From NCBI GenBank assembly GCA_951406725.2, contig OX597828.1, positions 74,896,001 through 74,960,000 on the forward strand: a stretch of 64,000 nucleotides of DNA. The letters run 5' to 3'. The translations under genes were made by a program, and so were the position numbers. Shown one piece after another: positions 26,747-40,530 of this stretch. The stretch is from Octopus vulgaris. Its lineage: Eukaryota. The number at the start of each line of letters is the position of its first letter. Within the stretch, counting starts at the first letter, position 1. The notes beneath the pieces are model-generated. The model made no database searches. It saw only the letters and a list, made by a program, of their open reading frames with translations, and was not told the DNA's origin.

Positions 26747-26878
26747 AGAGGCTCCAAGAATGATGAAGACATGTGCGTGGCTGGAATCGGTGCAAGCGTG
26801 CACGGCTCCAAGGAATTGTTCGTAGCATTCGGTAGCAGTGACATGGGGTATGCCCGGTTCCGCATCTTGGTTTTGCAT
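26747..26878 (-). CDS. G6PD: Glucose-6-phosphate 1-dehydrogenase, first coding exon (partial gene)
   Basis: 44 codons, MQNQ...DSSHAHVFIILGAS, followed directly by a GTAAGT donor (plus acttac 26741-26746). This matches the G6PD motif HIFIIMGAS|GDLAKKK and the vertebrate phase-0 intron position after GAS. An acceptor ttgttttccttcag lies 16 nt upstream of the ATG (exon starts 26894), implying a non-coding exon 1 as in human. The next exon was not found in the window by eye. Confidence 0.8.
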
Positions 26879-27499
26879 GTTTTAGAAACGGGCACTGAAG
26901 GAAAACAAGATGCTATTAAAAGTTTATTGTTGTTGTTGTTATGTGGGACAGCAGGATACAGCAGTGAAGTTCACTCTATACCCTAATTATTTATATATGT
27001 ATTGGTGTATATATATATAGATAGATAGATAGATGCGTGTGTGCGTATAGAATTAATTAACTGCTGTAAAAGTGTGTTAATAAGAGAAATAAAATAAAGA
27101 GGTGGAGAAGAGAATAATTATAAACGAGCCAGATGTGAGAAAAATTGCGTTGAAATGAAGGAGAATGTTTTTGTATTTAGGAGGATTATAAAGAGGGGTG
27201 GGAGGGGAAGAGGGAGAATGAAAGTAGGAGGTGGATTGATAGAAAGACAGAGGGTGGGAGAGAGAGGGGGAAAATAACTAAGGGTGTGGTGAGAGAGAGA
27301 TAGTGATTAGAGAGAAATAGAAAGAGAGGCAGACGAGTGAGAGAGAAAAAAAAACAGCTTGTGTATGTGCGTGTGTTTATGTGTGTATGTGTATGTGTGT
27401 ATGTGTGTGCGTTTGTGTGGTGTGTTTGTTCGTGTGTGTGTGTGTTTCAGCGAGAAAGTTCATGTGAGTGACAGAGAAAGATAGAAATCAAAAATGTAT

Positions 27500-27950
<451 letters not shown>

Positions 27951-28273
27951 AGATTTTTATCAGAGGAAGAAAGCGAGAGAAACAATAAAATATATTGAGA
28001 GAATGAGGAGATGGTGAAAGTAGTTGAAGAGAAACGAGAGCAGAAGTTAAGACGATGATGAAATTAAATAAGAATGTGAGGGGAGAGAGAAAAGGAAAGT
28101 GAAAGAGGAATTCAGAGAGAGAGAGTGAGAGAGAGAGAGAGAGAGAGAGGGAGAAAGGGAATGAAGATGAAGATAAAAGTGAGTAATATAAAGAAGGAGC
28201 AGGATTAGACAGAAAGATATGATGAGAGAAAAGGGAAATTGGATACGGAAAGAATTAAGGTAAAAGTAGATGG

Positions 28274-28305
<32 letters not shown>

Positions 28306-28379
28306 TATAATGATATTTATATGAAGAGAGAAAAAGAAAGAGAGAGAAACACACACACGGAGAGAGAATGTAAATTAAG

Positions 28380-28430
<51 letters not shown>

Positions 28431-30589
28431 AAAACGATGTAAAGATGTTAGAGAGAAAGAAAGAGAGAGAGTGAGAGGAAATAGACGGAAAGTTTTGTGA
28501 AAAGAGAAGGAGAGAGAGAGTGTGTAAGTAACGTCGAGATTGAGACAAAGAGAGACAGAAAGATGGACGATATGAAAGTGTTAAGAAGAGAAGACAGACT
28601 GAAAGATATAACGATGTTTATATATGAAGAGAGAGAGACAGACAGAGACAGAGAGAACAGTGGATATCTGTTGTTTAGTGTTATTTAGCTTCAGTTCATT
28701 TCTGATCGGGCAGGTTTACAATCAAAGACATTCTAACCGTGACTGTAATATCTTTTTATAAAATATCAAGGATGACCATCACCTAATGTCTTTTCCTAAT
28801 GTCTTTTCCTAACGTATGATTTGAGAGAGTGAACATGTTTGTACTTCAGGCAGATCGAGACCGACGACCACCCATTAGGTAAATGTTGATGTCCCGAAAT
28901 GGGGTTCCCCCGAAGGATTTCTGGAGTCTCTCCATGTTGAGTTGTTGCTTCTCCGCACTGAGACATCACGACCCCAGTACTACAGACATAGGAATAGAAA
29001 TGTTAGAGGAAAGAATCGTGAGACGGATTCTTTAAGACGAAGAAGCAACCGCCAGAACACGTTGGAGTAGAGCCAAAACGAGATGGTCGAATAATATCCA
29101 TGGTCTCCGTTGGTCGCGCTTAGGGATCCAACCGGAAAGTGTAATGAAGTGTAACGACGGTTGTTTCTGAAAGGGGGTGGAGGCACGTAACACGTAACTT
29201 AGTGGTTAGTATGATTGGACCCATGACTGTAAGATTCCGATTTCGATTCCTGGACCGGGCGATGTGTTGTGGGTGCTACTTTGGCGTGGGATCTACAGCT
29301 TCAAGGGCGATTACTTTAGTTTCCTTCCGTGACAAACCAAGCGACTGTCAAACTTGTATGATCTACGTGCTTATTAAATTGTTTATTCGTGGTTATTATT
29401 ATTTTCTAAGACATAAATGGAACATGGTTTTATTATTATTAAAATAGTAAGAATTCTGGGAAAATACACTTACAATACTAAGTGTGTACAAAAGAATTTA
29501 TTGTAAAAAATGTTCAGCCAACATCTTAAGAGTTTTTAGAAATTGGAAAGCAAACAAAAAAGTAACCTTAAGTAATCGCCCTTTTGATTGTAGATCCCAC
29601 GCCAAAGTAGAACCGCGTTGTGTTCAATTCACGTTGCTTCGGTCCATTCAACAGGCTAAAATGAACAATCCTGTAGAGGACCGATGTCCCGTCCAGGTGG
29701 GGAGTATATATTCTCCACAGAAACCGGCCATATGAGTAGGGAAGGATCTTTATCCCATTTCATCTCTCTGATAGAACCATATGGAGGAGATACCAGAGGA
29801 TTTTACCCCACGACCCTCCCAGGAATAATGGACAGAGAAAATGGATGTATGATCCGACGCCATATATGGGACTGGTCCTCTGGACTTAGACTGTTGTCAA
29901 ATATCTTATAAGGGATGGGAGAATTTGAAGGGCATTAAGGGAGATGTCTCCAATAGTCAGCGTGTGTTTAGCCCTAACTCAGCTCACATTGAGCAGAGGT
30001 CTACGACGAGTGACATTCCAGCTAGGACATCCATGTCTTTTCAGAAATATGTAGGACTATATTATCTGAGTTTTTCCCTTGGTTAAGACAGTGGTAGAAC
30101 GTGATTTGAGGGGGATTTCGCTGTTATTTCTAGCAAGTAGGATAACCACATAAAAGCGCCTTAGTTTAAGTTTCATTAACTAATTAGCCTTGACCGAGTA
30201 GGCTTACAACCAAGGACATTCCAGCTGTGACTATCTCGTCTTTTTTCTATGCTCATAAAAGCATCGCCCATAGCAGACTTTCCTCATTGCCTATGCTACT
30301 CAGGGGATGTACTCGACAGAAAATCTGAGTACACACACAGCTTACACAGTTTGGTAATCTATTCTGTAATGAAGTCTGTTTTTCTTTTATTTTTAATTAA
30401 AAGAAAAACTTGGTAACCAGAACTAAACAGCCACAACTTTGAGAAGTGACCAAAAAAGACTAGTTTTTCTACAAAATTCGAGGGTTATAGCCGAAAGTAA
30501 TGCAGAAGCGGGCATAACATTTTCTTTTTATTCGGTGACAAAAGTTGTTCACATTGCACATGTTAGTAGAGTTATCTTTCCTTTTTTAC

Positions 30590-31500
30590 AGAAATCCTAC
30601 TCAACAAATTCTCCATCATAGGCGATGCATTGGCGTCATCTTTGGGCCCAACTCGCGAATCTTTGAAAACAATTCAGATACGCACTGTTCAACCCACTTC
30701 TTCACAGCCATTTTTACCTCGTCTGTATTGAAATCGTTGCCCTCGAAAAACTGTCCTTTATTGGGCCGAACAGGTGAACTTAGGAAGACGCCAGATCCAG
30801 GCTGTATGGTGGATGGGTAATCAATGACCGTCCAAACTCGCCGATTGCTTGGTTTGTTGCCAAAGATGTGTGGTGAAGATACACTGTCATGGTGAAATTG
30901 GATAATCTTCAGAGCCTGGTATCGATCTCTTCCTTCTAAAGGCTAGTCTTGTCTTTTCGAGTGTCTCAGTTTACCACTTGCTTTTCACAGTAGAGCCTCG
31001 TTCCAGGAAAACCAAGGAGAAGGACGTCTTTGTCACTCCCTAAAATAATCATCGCTGGCTCTTGAACCTCTTCAACCTTGAGTAAGAGGTGTGCCGCTCT
31101 TCCATTGCTTCAGACTTCTTCCCCGGGTCATAAAGATACGGGCTACGTTTCATCCCGTTACCAGTTCGGAAAATAAATACGTGTCTTCATTGGCTTCCAG
31201 TAGATTTCCAATTTTTCTCCTTCAAATCGAATGTCGGCCATCTTTTGTAATGTATCACGACTATAGTTCCGTTGCATAGAAACCTCTCGTATCATGACTT
31301 GTCTATACACATAAATCAATTCATTCACTCGCTCGCGATTCGTGTCAGTGAATGCAGCTGATGGTCGCCCATATCGTGTTTTTCCTCTTCTTTACAATTC
31401 TTTATCCATCTCTACACATTGCTCCTGTCAGTGATGTTATCTCCATTAAACAAGTTGTAGCCTTTTGTGGATGTCGGACAACCTGCGATGCTCCTTTGTC
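30590..31500 (-). pseudogene. mariner transposase relic
   Basis: Minus-strand fragments DIHKRLQLV (HTH), LVTG-ET...YDPGKKSEAMEERH and HPPYSLDLASS*VHLFGPIK (compare HPPYSPDLAPSDFHLFGPLK), with many stops and frameshifts. Confidence 0.85.
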
Positions 31501-31514
31501 AATAACTTAATCCT

Positions 31515-31901
31515 TTCTACTCTAGGCACAAGGCATGAAAATTTTTTTTGGGGAGGGGCAGTTGATTACATCGACCCCAGTGCATAACTGGTACTTATTT
31601 CATCGACCCCGAAAGGCAAAGTCGACCTCGGCGAAATTTGAATTCAGAACGTAGCGACAGACGAAATACCTATTTCTTTACTATCCACAAGGGGCTAAAC
31701 ACAAAGAGGACAAACAAGGACAGACAAACGGATTAAGTCGATTATATCGACCCCAGTGCGTAACTGGTACTTATTTAATCGACCCCGAAAGGATGAAAGG
31801 CAAAGTCGACCTCGGCGGATTTTGAACTTAGAACGTAACGGCAGACGAAATACGGCTACGCATTTCGCCCGGCGTGCTAACGTTTCTGCCAGCTCGCCGC
31901 C
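31515..31901 (-). mobile_element. SINE family C (young full copy 31670-31901 plus partial copy)
   Basis: CpG-intact head ggcggcgagctggcagaaacgttagcacgccgggcg on the minus strand. Confidence 0.9.
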
Positions 31902-32097
31902 TTCTTCGCGGAGGAGGAGGAGGCGAAGAAGAAGAAGAAGAAGAAGAAGAAGAAGAAGAAGAAGAAGAAGAAGAAGAAGAAGAAGATGAGTTATTCTATT
32001 AACGTGCATAATGAACGATCAATATCGGTTAATAAAGTAGTTACGCCCATTTACGCTTTAATTTCGAGACATCCCTCGTATTGATGCCTAAAATAGG

Positions 32098-32400
32098 GTC
32101 AAAGTCAGGTCCCATCAGGTCAGGTCAGGCATAGGAGCATGCGCGGTCTTTGTTCGAATCGTCCTGGGCAATCCAACGAGCAGTGTCCCAGACAGTTCCC
32201 ATCTCTACATGATACTTCCTCATCCTCCATGACCATGTGACATGTGGCCGATCGACACAAGCCGTCAGCCCAATATCAGAAGAGAGAACATGGTACACAG
32301 GATCCAACTCGTAAAATCGAGCAACATCATCAAATAGTCCAAGCAATCATTCTAAGCCGACGCTGCTGAGTCGTACAGGTAACATTTGTTTCTTCCGAGA
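32098..32400 (-). pseudogene. RTE-type LINE 3' end relic
   Basis: LFDDVARFYELDPVYHVLS...RPHVTW...ACSYA resembles LYGHVARFPE.DPAHRVL...GRPR.SW. It ends in a (CCTGA)n-like tail. Confidence 0.6.
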
Positions 32401-32652
32401 GTGGGAGGTCGGCTAACAGCCGATTATATCGATCTCAATGTTTGAGTGGTACTTTATTTTATCAACTCTTGTCCTCAAAAAGAGTCTAAAATAAGAGCAA
32501 CTGTGACCCGCGAGAAATCTGAGGCATAACCAGTTTACCACTCACCCTATCCGACTTTGTTTCCTCATAACTTTCTTATGATGTTTTTAATTAAAATTAG
32601 CAGACATATATTATTGGAGGTAGAAATTAAGATTGTATTTATTCTTTTCGTC

Positions 32653-32834
32653 CACTTGTCTCAGTCATTTTGACTGTGGCCATGCTGGAGCATTGCCTTT
32701 AGTCGAACAAATCGACCCCAGGACTTATTCTTTGTAAGCCTAGTACTTATTCTATCGGTCTCTTTAGCCGAACCGCTAAGTTACGGAGACGGAAACACAC
32801 TAACATCGGTTGTCAAGTGATGGTGGTTGGGGGA

Positions 32835-32905
<71 letters not shown>

Positions 32906-33062
32906 GACGGGGTTCTCTCAGTTTCCTTCTACCAAATTCACTACAAGGCTTTGGTTGGTCTGAAGCTATAGTAGAAGACACTTGCCCAAGGTGCCAAGCA
33001 GTGGGACTGAACCAGGAACCATGTGGTTACGAAGCAAGCTTCTTACCATACAGCCACTCCTG
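32653..33062 (-). mobile_element. SINE family B
   Basis: Full-length reverse copy. Confidence 0.85.
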
Positions 33063-34802
33063 CTATTATAACTGATTTTTGTTTGTTTGTTTGTTTCAAT
33101 TTTTTTTTCGTTCACAAAAGAAATTCATACTTTTTTTTTCACCATTCAACAACTTGTTAATGATGGAAGCATAACCTAAAAAAATAAAAGTTCACGATAT
33201 CCACTTTAATGTCACCCAATAACAGTAGCGGACCGAAGAGAGAAAACTTAATATTTAACTGACTTCAATACAAATCAAAAGTATTGATTGATAAGAATAT
33301 CGACAAACTAGTCTCCTCCTACGACAGTTACAGATCGAAAATATTGGAAACAAAAACCATCCGGCAACGAGTCTTTATCTTCTTTCTCGTCCGACGTCAT
33401 TTATATTGCGCAATAAAGTTATTCAATGGCTAAAAACGTACAGACTTCGTTTCTTTTGCAATAAAATTAATGATAAAAACTACCAAAAAAATTCATTCGA
33501 CACAATCGTAATCTACATCATCGAAAACGTATTTTTGTAAAATTTCATTTCAAAAATGAATTATTTTTTTAAGTAGCTTTTGAGGAAACAAAATCAGAAG
33601 TGGGTGGGCAGTAAGTTAGTTTTGTCGAATTTTGTTATCAAGCTCACACGATTTCATCGCTTCGACTCATTAAAATATTGGTTTCTAATTTAGGCCCAGA
33701 GCCAACAGTTTTAATGGAAAGGAGTTTGTTGACCAGTTCAGTTTATCGACCCAGAAAGAATGAAAAGAAAACTTGGCGGTGACATGATTTGAACTCAAAA
33801 CACTAAGAACCGGAACAAATACTGCCAATCCTCCTCTCCATTTTTTGTTTGTCCCGATGCTCTACCGATTCTGCCAGGTCGCCGTTTTCTTGATTCTGTA
33901 GTTTGAAACTTTGTATACTGGTGGAATGTCTCACACACAACACGGTTTACTTTGAACATTTTTGACAAAATTTGGTATTTTAGAAGTTATTTGGGTAATT
34001 TCAACCAATCAACGACGTGTATTTGGTCGAAGGAAGCAACTGCTGTTTCTTCATCGTCTTTTAAAAAAGACGAGGTTTCCAAAACTGTATGATTTCCAGT
34101 AAAAGACACACACGCACCAAAGGGTGGTGCTAAAGTGTGTATGTGTGTGTGTGTGTGTGGGAGTTATATTAAGTCTTTAACTTGACGTCAAATCAATTAG
34201 ACACAAGCAGCGTCCAGTTCCCGTTTGCCAAATTTCATTCAGTTTTGGTAGACAAGAAACTAAAACAAAAGACAAAAAAAAAAAAATCTTGTCCAAAGTA
34301 TGACTTGGTCACATCGTCGGATCGGGTGAGAAGTAGACTTCTTAAACACACATCGTCTGCCCTCATCAACGAACACCAACAACCCAACCCAACGAAGGGA
34401 CATCACGAAATGGGCTTCGCGAAAACAATTCCAAGCTTCAAGATAAACGGTTTTTTCTTTTTTTGGAGGGGCTGCATATCTACATAAGAGGAACCCACCA
34501 ACGATTTTGCTTCTTCATAACTTCTAGAAAAATGTATATTTTTAATGAAAATTTAAAAAAAAAAGGCTTCAGATGGTGTGGATTCCAATCATGCCTGAAT
34601 TTGTTGTGAAGGAAAAAAAAAAAAAATTCCCGAGTGGGGTGAGGAGTTTCTAAAAATTCACGTGAATGGGTCTTCTTTCCTGATAACTTTCAGAGAAGAA
34701 AAACAAAATGGCTATTTTTAAATGAAACTTTCTGCAAATACTTTTCAGAGTGTCTAACTTACAATCACATCGAAATTTAATGTAGAAAGAAAAATGCTGA
34801 TA

Positions 34803-34839
<37 letters not shown>

Positions 34840-34984
34840 TAGACACATCAGAATATTTTTCGAAATTTCAAGTTTCATTTCATAGATGTATGTGATGTGT
34901 GTATGTATGTGTGCAAGACTACCAATTTTGTGGGGGTTTTTTTTTTGATTTAAAAAAAATATATAATCCTAATCTACACACTTT

Positions 34985-35394
34985 GGATCTTTTCGGTTTG
35001 AAAGGCAGTTTTTAAAAATAATTTCCACGTAACTAAACACTTTTAAACTTCGTATACGGGTAGAATGTGTTTATAAAACATCTTTTTCTCTTGGCGTTAT
35101 TGAGAAAATTCTATGGTTTGTAAGATATTTGTTGGTTTTTTTTTCTTTAATTTCTGCAATTTCAACCAATCAATGATGTTTATTGAGGTGAAAACATTCT
35201 GTGCCGTATGAATATGTCCCTCGTTTAAGAAACAGATTGGGTTTATTTACATTTCTAAAGATAAAAAAAAATACCCTTCCCCCTAACTCTAAAACAGATT
35301 GAAATGCAATAGATTGATACTAGGGTAATAATTATGGGTGACAATTTCATATGACACCGCTAGAAAAAAACTGTCGTTCAAACCGAAAAGATTC
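34985..35394. mobile_element. Merlin-like MITE 1
   Basis: GG-starting ~28-bp TIR (ggatcttttcggtttgaa.ggcagtttt) with an 8-bp TSD CACACTTT (34977-34984, 35395-35402). Confidence 0.75.
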
Positions 35395-35844
35395 CACACT
35401 TTGAAAGGTAGTTGTAGAAAATCTCATCAAAAAATAAAAATTTTTCTGAAAGTTATGAAGAAACAAACCGACTCGCGTGAATTTTCAGAAAATCTCCCAA
35501 ACCACGGGAAATCTTTTCCCAACCAATTCCGATATAATTGTAATTATCCCATCTGAAGCTATTTGTGGAAAATTTCATTAAATATATCCATTTTCCTGGA
35601 AATAGTGAGGAAACAAAGTCGGAGGAGGGACTGGCGTAGGTTGTTTGCCTTTTTAAAATAAAATTTTAAAATTCAGTTCATAAAAAAAAATGTCATTCAC
35701 CATTTTGAAAATAATATTTTGTTATTTTATGGGTTTTTTAAAAAAAATATATGGATAACTTTTCCCGCCAAAACAATTTTTTTGTTTTATTCAACGTCTT
35801 TTTTAAAAGGCGACGTGGTTTGTCTATAAAATATAACTATTTTT

Positions 35845-36276
35845 GGCGATCTTTCGTCTCTAGTAGACCTTTCCGTCAATTTCCGTAAAAATTTTTTTTT
35901 TTTACATATGGGCTTGCGGGAACTTTTGAAGTAATATACATACATATACACATACACCGAGTAAAAAATTTCAGTTATCTCTTTCTTTCACACATTACTC
36001 TGTCTCTTCACACACACTAACAGAAGCACTTCACTTACACAACATACTGTCTGTCTCCCACACCCCATCAAACACACACACACGCACACACACATGTACA
36101 TCAATGCTTCCCCTGAACGGTAACTTCAAAAGAACTTCCCTCGTCATAAAATGGCTTTCTCTTAAGTCTCTTTCGCTCTCATTACTTCAAAAGTTCCCGC
36201 AAGCCCATATGTAAAAAAAAAAAAAAAAATTTTTACGGAAATTGACGGAAAGGTCTACTAGAGACGAAAGATTGCC
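35845..36276. mobile_element. Merlin-like MITE 2 (young)
   Basis: ~90-bp near-perfect TIRs GGCGATCTTTCGTCTCTAG... with an 8-bp TSD CTATTTTT (35837-35844, 36277-36284). Confidence 0.85.
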
Positions 36277-36799
36277 CTATTTTTTTTTTTTTGGTGGGGG
36301 GAGTATTTCTTAAAATGGTATCAGGGTGCTGTGACAAACTAAGTATAAGAACCACTGCGCTATGCAAGAAATAACAGCTAAAATCCCTAAAGTCACAGCA
36401 AAGCAGAAAACTATTTTTTGTACCAAAGTAAAATTGAGCCAATGAAGAAATTTCCAAGTGCTCCAGTCATCTGTTAGAAATAACAGCCAAATCTCCTCTA
36501 AATCACAACTTATCTCCTTAAAAAGGTGGGGGTGATCACAGCTGGAACGCCCAATCGTTATTCAGTAAATTTGGCGGTCTCCTGGAGATATTTAGTTCCT
36601 ATATAGCAATTGGAAAAGATTATTGTCGTTGCTTTTAGTTTTCCAACTGGAAACTGCATTCTAGCGGCGGCCAGGTTGACAAAGGGAGTGTTTGTAACTC
36701 GATGTAGAACAAATGTGTCAAAGAACTCCGTTTTTAAAGCCGGTGTATATTTTCTTCAACAATATATATATTGATAACACATATATTGATATATTGATG

Positions 36800-37022
36800 A
36801 GGGCATCGAGCTGGCTGAATCGTTAGCACGCCGGGCGAAATGCTTAGCAGTATTTCGTCTGCGGTTACGTTCTGAGTTCAAACTCCGCTGATGTCGACTT
36901 TGCCTTTCATCCTTTCGGGGTCGATTAAATAAGTACCAGTTACACACTGGGATCAATGTAATCGACTTAATCCCTTTGTTTGTCCCCTCTATGTTTAGCC
37001 CCCTGTGGGCAATAAAGAAATA
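36800..37022 (+). mobile_element. SINE family C
   Basis: Full-length copy. Confidence 0.85.
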
Positions 37023-37666
37023 AATATATATATTGATGACACACACATACATACATGTATGCCTGTATGTAAGCATCCATGCATGCATATACTTGCATGT
37101 ATGCATGTCCACCTCCATGAATGCATTAAGGGGCGAAAGTAAAGAATCCGTACACCCTATGGTTGGCGTTAAGGTTTTTGCTACGCCGAAAAAGGGTGGT
37201 GTACGTATTCTTTACCTCCGCCTATTCATGTAAGTATGCATATATGCATCTACATATGTACACACGCATGTATGTATCTGTATGCATGCGTGTAGGAATA
37301 TATATATAAATATTCATGTATATAAATGTGTGCGTGTGTATATTTGTATGTATGTATCTATGTATATGGACATCTATGTATATAACAGGAGTGGTTCTTG
37401 TGTTGCACAAGCGTCTATCGCTATGATCCAATGTACAGATGTCTCTTTTTGGTGACCTCATTTGCCATTCCGTCCACTACAGTGAATATGGCGACAGAAG
37501 AATGGCAACGCGTGCAGACCTAACCAGGTGGAAGCGCACAAATTACGACTTTCGTCTGTCACTTCTGCTCCAAACCATGCACATCTGCCACAGGACTGAG
37601 TAGTCAGCTGAGAGGTCAGGGGTGGAAAGTCAGAAATGCCATTGATAGTGAGCAAGCCCAACGCGA

Positions 37667-37745
<79 letters not shown>

Positions 37746-37811
37746 GTTTAAATATTTGTTGTTTTTATTGGCTAAACTGGCAAAATGACCATTCCGAAAT
37801 ATAACAATATA

Positions 37812-38077
37812 TGCGTGTTGTGTTCTTGAGCAAGGCACTTTATTTCACGTTGCTCCAGTTCACTCAGCTGTAGAAATGTGTTGTGACATCACTGGTGCCA
37901 CGATGTATTGGCCCCTTTGCCTTTCCCTTGGATGACACTGGTGGCGTGGAGAGGGAGAGGCTGGTATGCATGGGCGACTGCTGGTCTTCCATAAACAACC
38001 TTGCCCGGACTTGTGTCTAGGAGGGTAACTTTCTAGGTGCAATCCCATGGTCATTCATGACCGAAGGGGGTCTTTAC

Positions 38078-38078
<1 letters not shown>
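37812..38078 (+). mobile_element. SINE family A, 5'-truncated
   Basis: Near-identical to 21084-21350. Confidence 0.85.
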
Positions 38079-38150
<72 letters not shown>

Positions 38151-38767
38151 TATGTATGTGTGTGTGTGTGGATGTATGTTTGTATGCATAAATATATGTA
38201 TATTGGAGCGATCTTTGAGGCGATGTGCCTTACTTTCACTTTTGTCTGCAACAAAGATAAAACTGAAAGTAAAACTCTAAGCAATGACTGCCACAAGAAG
38301 AAAACAAATATTAACTGGTAGATCAGTGGTTAATAATGTCCATCCATCACAGCAATGGGTTCCGAGTTTATCTGGCTGCAGAAACCTGAAATACCACGGA
38401 ACAGTCTTTAAGAATCTCATCCTGGGGGGAATTTGGGTGGTTCCATGAGAGACCAGCTGTGCCGGTGTATTCCCGGTAAAGGAAGACAGATAAAACAATG
38501 TCCTGACGTCAACCAGATATATCATTATCAGTCAGCTGTTGTCCATCAATAAATATATGGAGATTCATATAAAATATAATTCATGATACAAAAAAAAAAA
38601 TAAGGAAGAAAGTGAATATCTAAACCTCGTTTACCTTTCTTTTATAATTTCCTCGTCCACTGTACACGGTTAGAAACTAGGGCGGTTCTATGAAGCAGTG
38701 TCCCCGGTTAAACTTATGCCCGGCCGGATATATTGTTATAGCGAACATCTTTTTGCTTTATACATTT

Positions 38768-38974
38768 TTACTCTTTTACTTGTTTCAGTCGTTTGACTGC
38801 GGCCATGCTGGAGCACCGCCTTTAGTCGAGCAAATCGACCCCGGGACTTATTCTTTGTAAGCCCAGTACTTATTCTATCAGTCTCTTTTGCCGAACCGCT
38901 AAGTGACGGGGACGTAAACACACCAGCATCGGTTGTCAAGCAATGCTAGGGGGACAAACACAGACACACAAACA

Positions 38975-39035
<61 letters not shown>

Positions 39036-39195
39036 TACGACAGGCTTCTTTCAGTTTCCGTCAACCAAATTCACTCACAAGGCATTGGTCGGCCCGGGGC
39101 TATAGCAGAAGATACTTGCCCAAGATGCCACGCAGTGGGACTGAACCCGGAACCATGTGGTTGGTAAGCAAGCTACTTACCACACAGCTACTCCT
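38768..39195 (-). mobile_element. SINE family B
   Basis: Full-length, CpG-rich copy. Confidence 0.9.
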
Positions 39196-39403
39196 GATGA
39201 TATTTATAATAGGGTTATTGAGATTCTTTGCTTGCTTCGTTCTTCTTTCCTTCTTCATCGCAGAATCTTTGTGAAGATCCAGTGTCGTCGTAAACGTGTT
39301 ACTCTGAGCGAAGGATATTCGGCTTTTGCATGTCAATGACCGCAAAAAGTGGAAAACAAATGTTGAGGCCCTATGCCCCAGAAGGGGCAGAAAAAAAGGA
39401 TTA

Positions 39404-39875
39404 GGAAGAAGAAGAAGAAGAAGAAGAAGAAGAAGAAGAAGAAGAAGAAGAAGAAGAAGAAGAAGAAGAAGAAGAAGGAGGAGGAGGAGGAGGAGGAGGA
39501 GGAAGAAGGAGGAGGAGGAGGAAGAAAGAGGAGGAGGAAGAAGAAGAAGAAGGAGGAGGAGGAAGAAGAAGAAGAAGAAGAAGAAGACGAAGAAGAAGAA
39601 GAAGGAGGAGGAGGAGGAGGAAGAAGAAGAAGAAGAAGAAGAAGACGAAGAAGAAGAAGAAGGAGGAGGAGGAGGAGGAAGAAGAAGAAGAAGAAGAAGA
39701 AGAAGAAAAAGAAGGAGAAGAAGAAGAAGACGGAGAAGAAGAAGAAAAAGAAGGAGAAGAAGAAGAAGACGGAGAAGAAGAAGGAGGAGGAGGAGAAGAA
39801 GAAGAAGAAGGAGGAGGAGGAGAAGAAAAAGAAGGAGAAGACGAAGAAGACCAAGAAGAAGAAGAAGAAGAAGAG
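39404..39875. repeat. ~470-bp (GAA/GGA)n polypurine tract
   Basis: Read directly; it has very few pyrimidine interruptions. Confidence 0.95.
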
Positions 39876-40299
39876 AGTTATTCTATTAACGTGCATAATG
39901 AACGATTTTGTGGGGTTTTTTTTTTAAATATCAAAATCCTAATCTTCACACTTTGGATCTTTTCGCTTTGACCGGCAGATTTTTAAAATAATTTCCACCT
40001 AACTAAAATACTTTTAAACTTTGTATACTGGTAGAATGTGTTTATAAGACATCTTTTTCTCTTGGCTTTAGATGTTTTATAAACACTTTCTACCAGTTTA
40101 CGAAGTTTAAAAGTGTTTAGTTACAAATAACTTATTTTTAAAATCTGCCGTTCAAACCGAAAAGATCCCCAAAGTGTCTTTCACTGTTTAAGGTTTGAAA
40201 GTCGAAGGAGATTTTGCTGTTATTTCTAGCATGTCGAACGGCCACCTGGTGGAGTCTCTCACGCCTCCACCTTGTGTCGTCTGCTCTTCGTTTTGCAGC

Positions 40300-40530
40300 A
40301 TATCTCTACGCATGCGCAAATGAAAAGGCAAGAGTTTAAAACGTCCGGAAAGTTTGCGCCAGTATTCCGGAAAACGAGAAATAGCAACTTAAAAAATAAA
40401 TCGAAATCTTAAAAAGTTTGTTTTTTGTCAAAATTCATTGCTTTGTTAGTAAAAAGGTAGAATCTGAAGAAATTAAACAAAAAAGCGAAAAGAAAAATTA
40501 TGGGTGGGTTCTTCTCGGACACTTCCGGCC
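40300..40530. promoter_or_regulatory. Housekeeping-type promoter motifs upstream of TAF11
   Basis: NRF1-like ACGCATGCGCA (~40308), ETS-like CCGGAA (~40345, ~40367) and ACTTCCGG (40521) in CpG-rich unique DNA. Confidence 0.5.

Noticed and set aside
39326-39927. 184-187 aa ORFs (poly-R/K/E/F)
   Set aside because: Translations of the GAA/GGA microsatellite.
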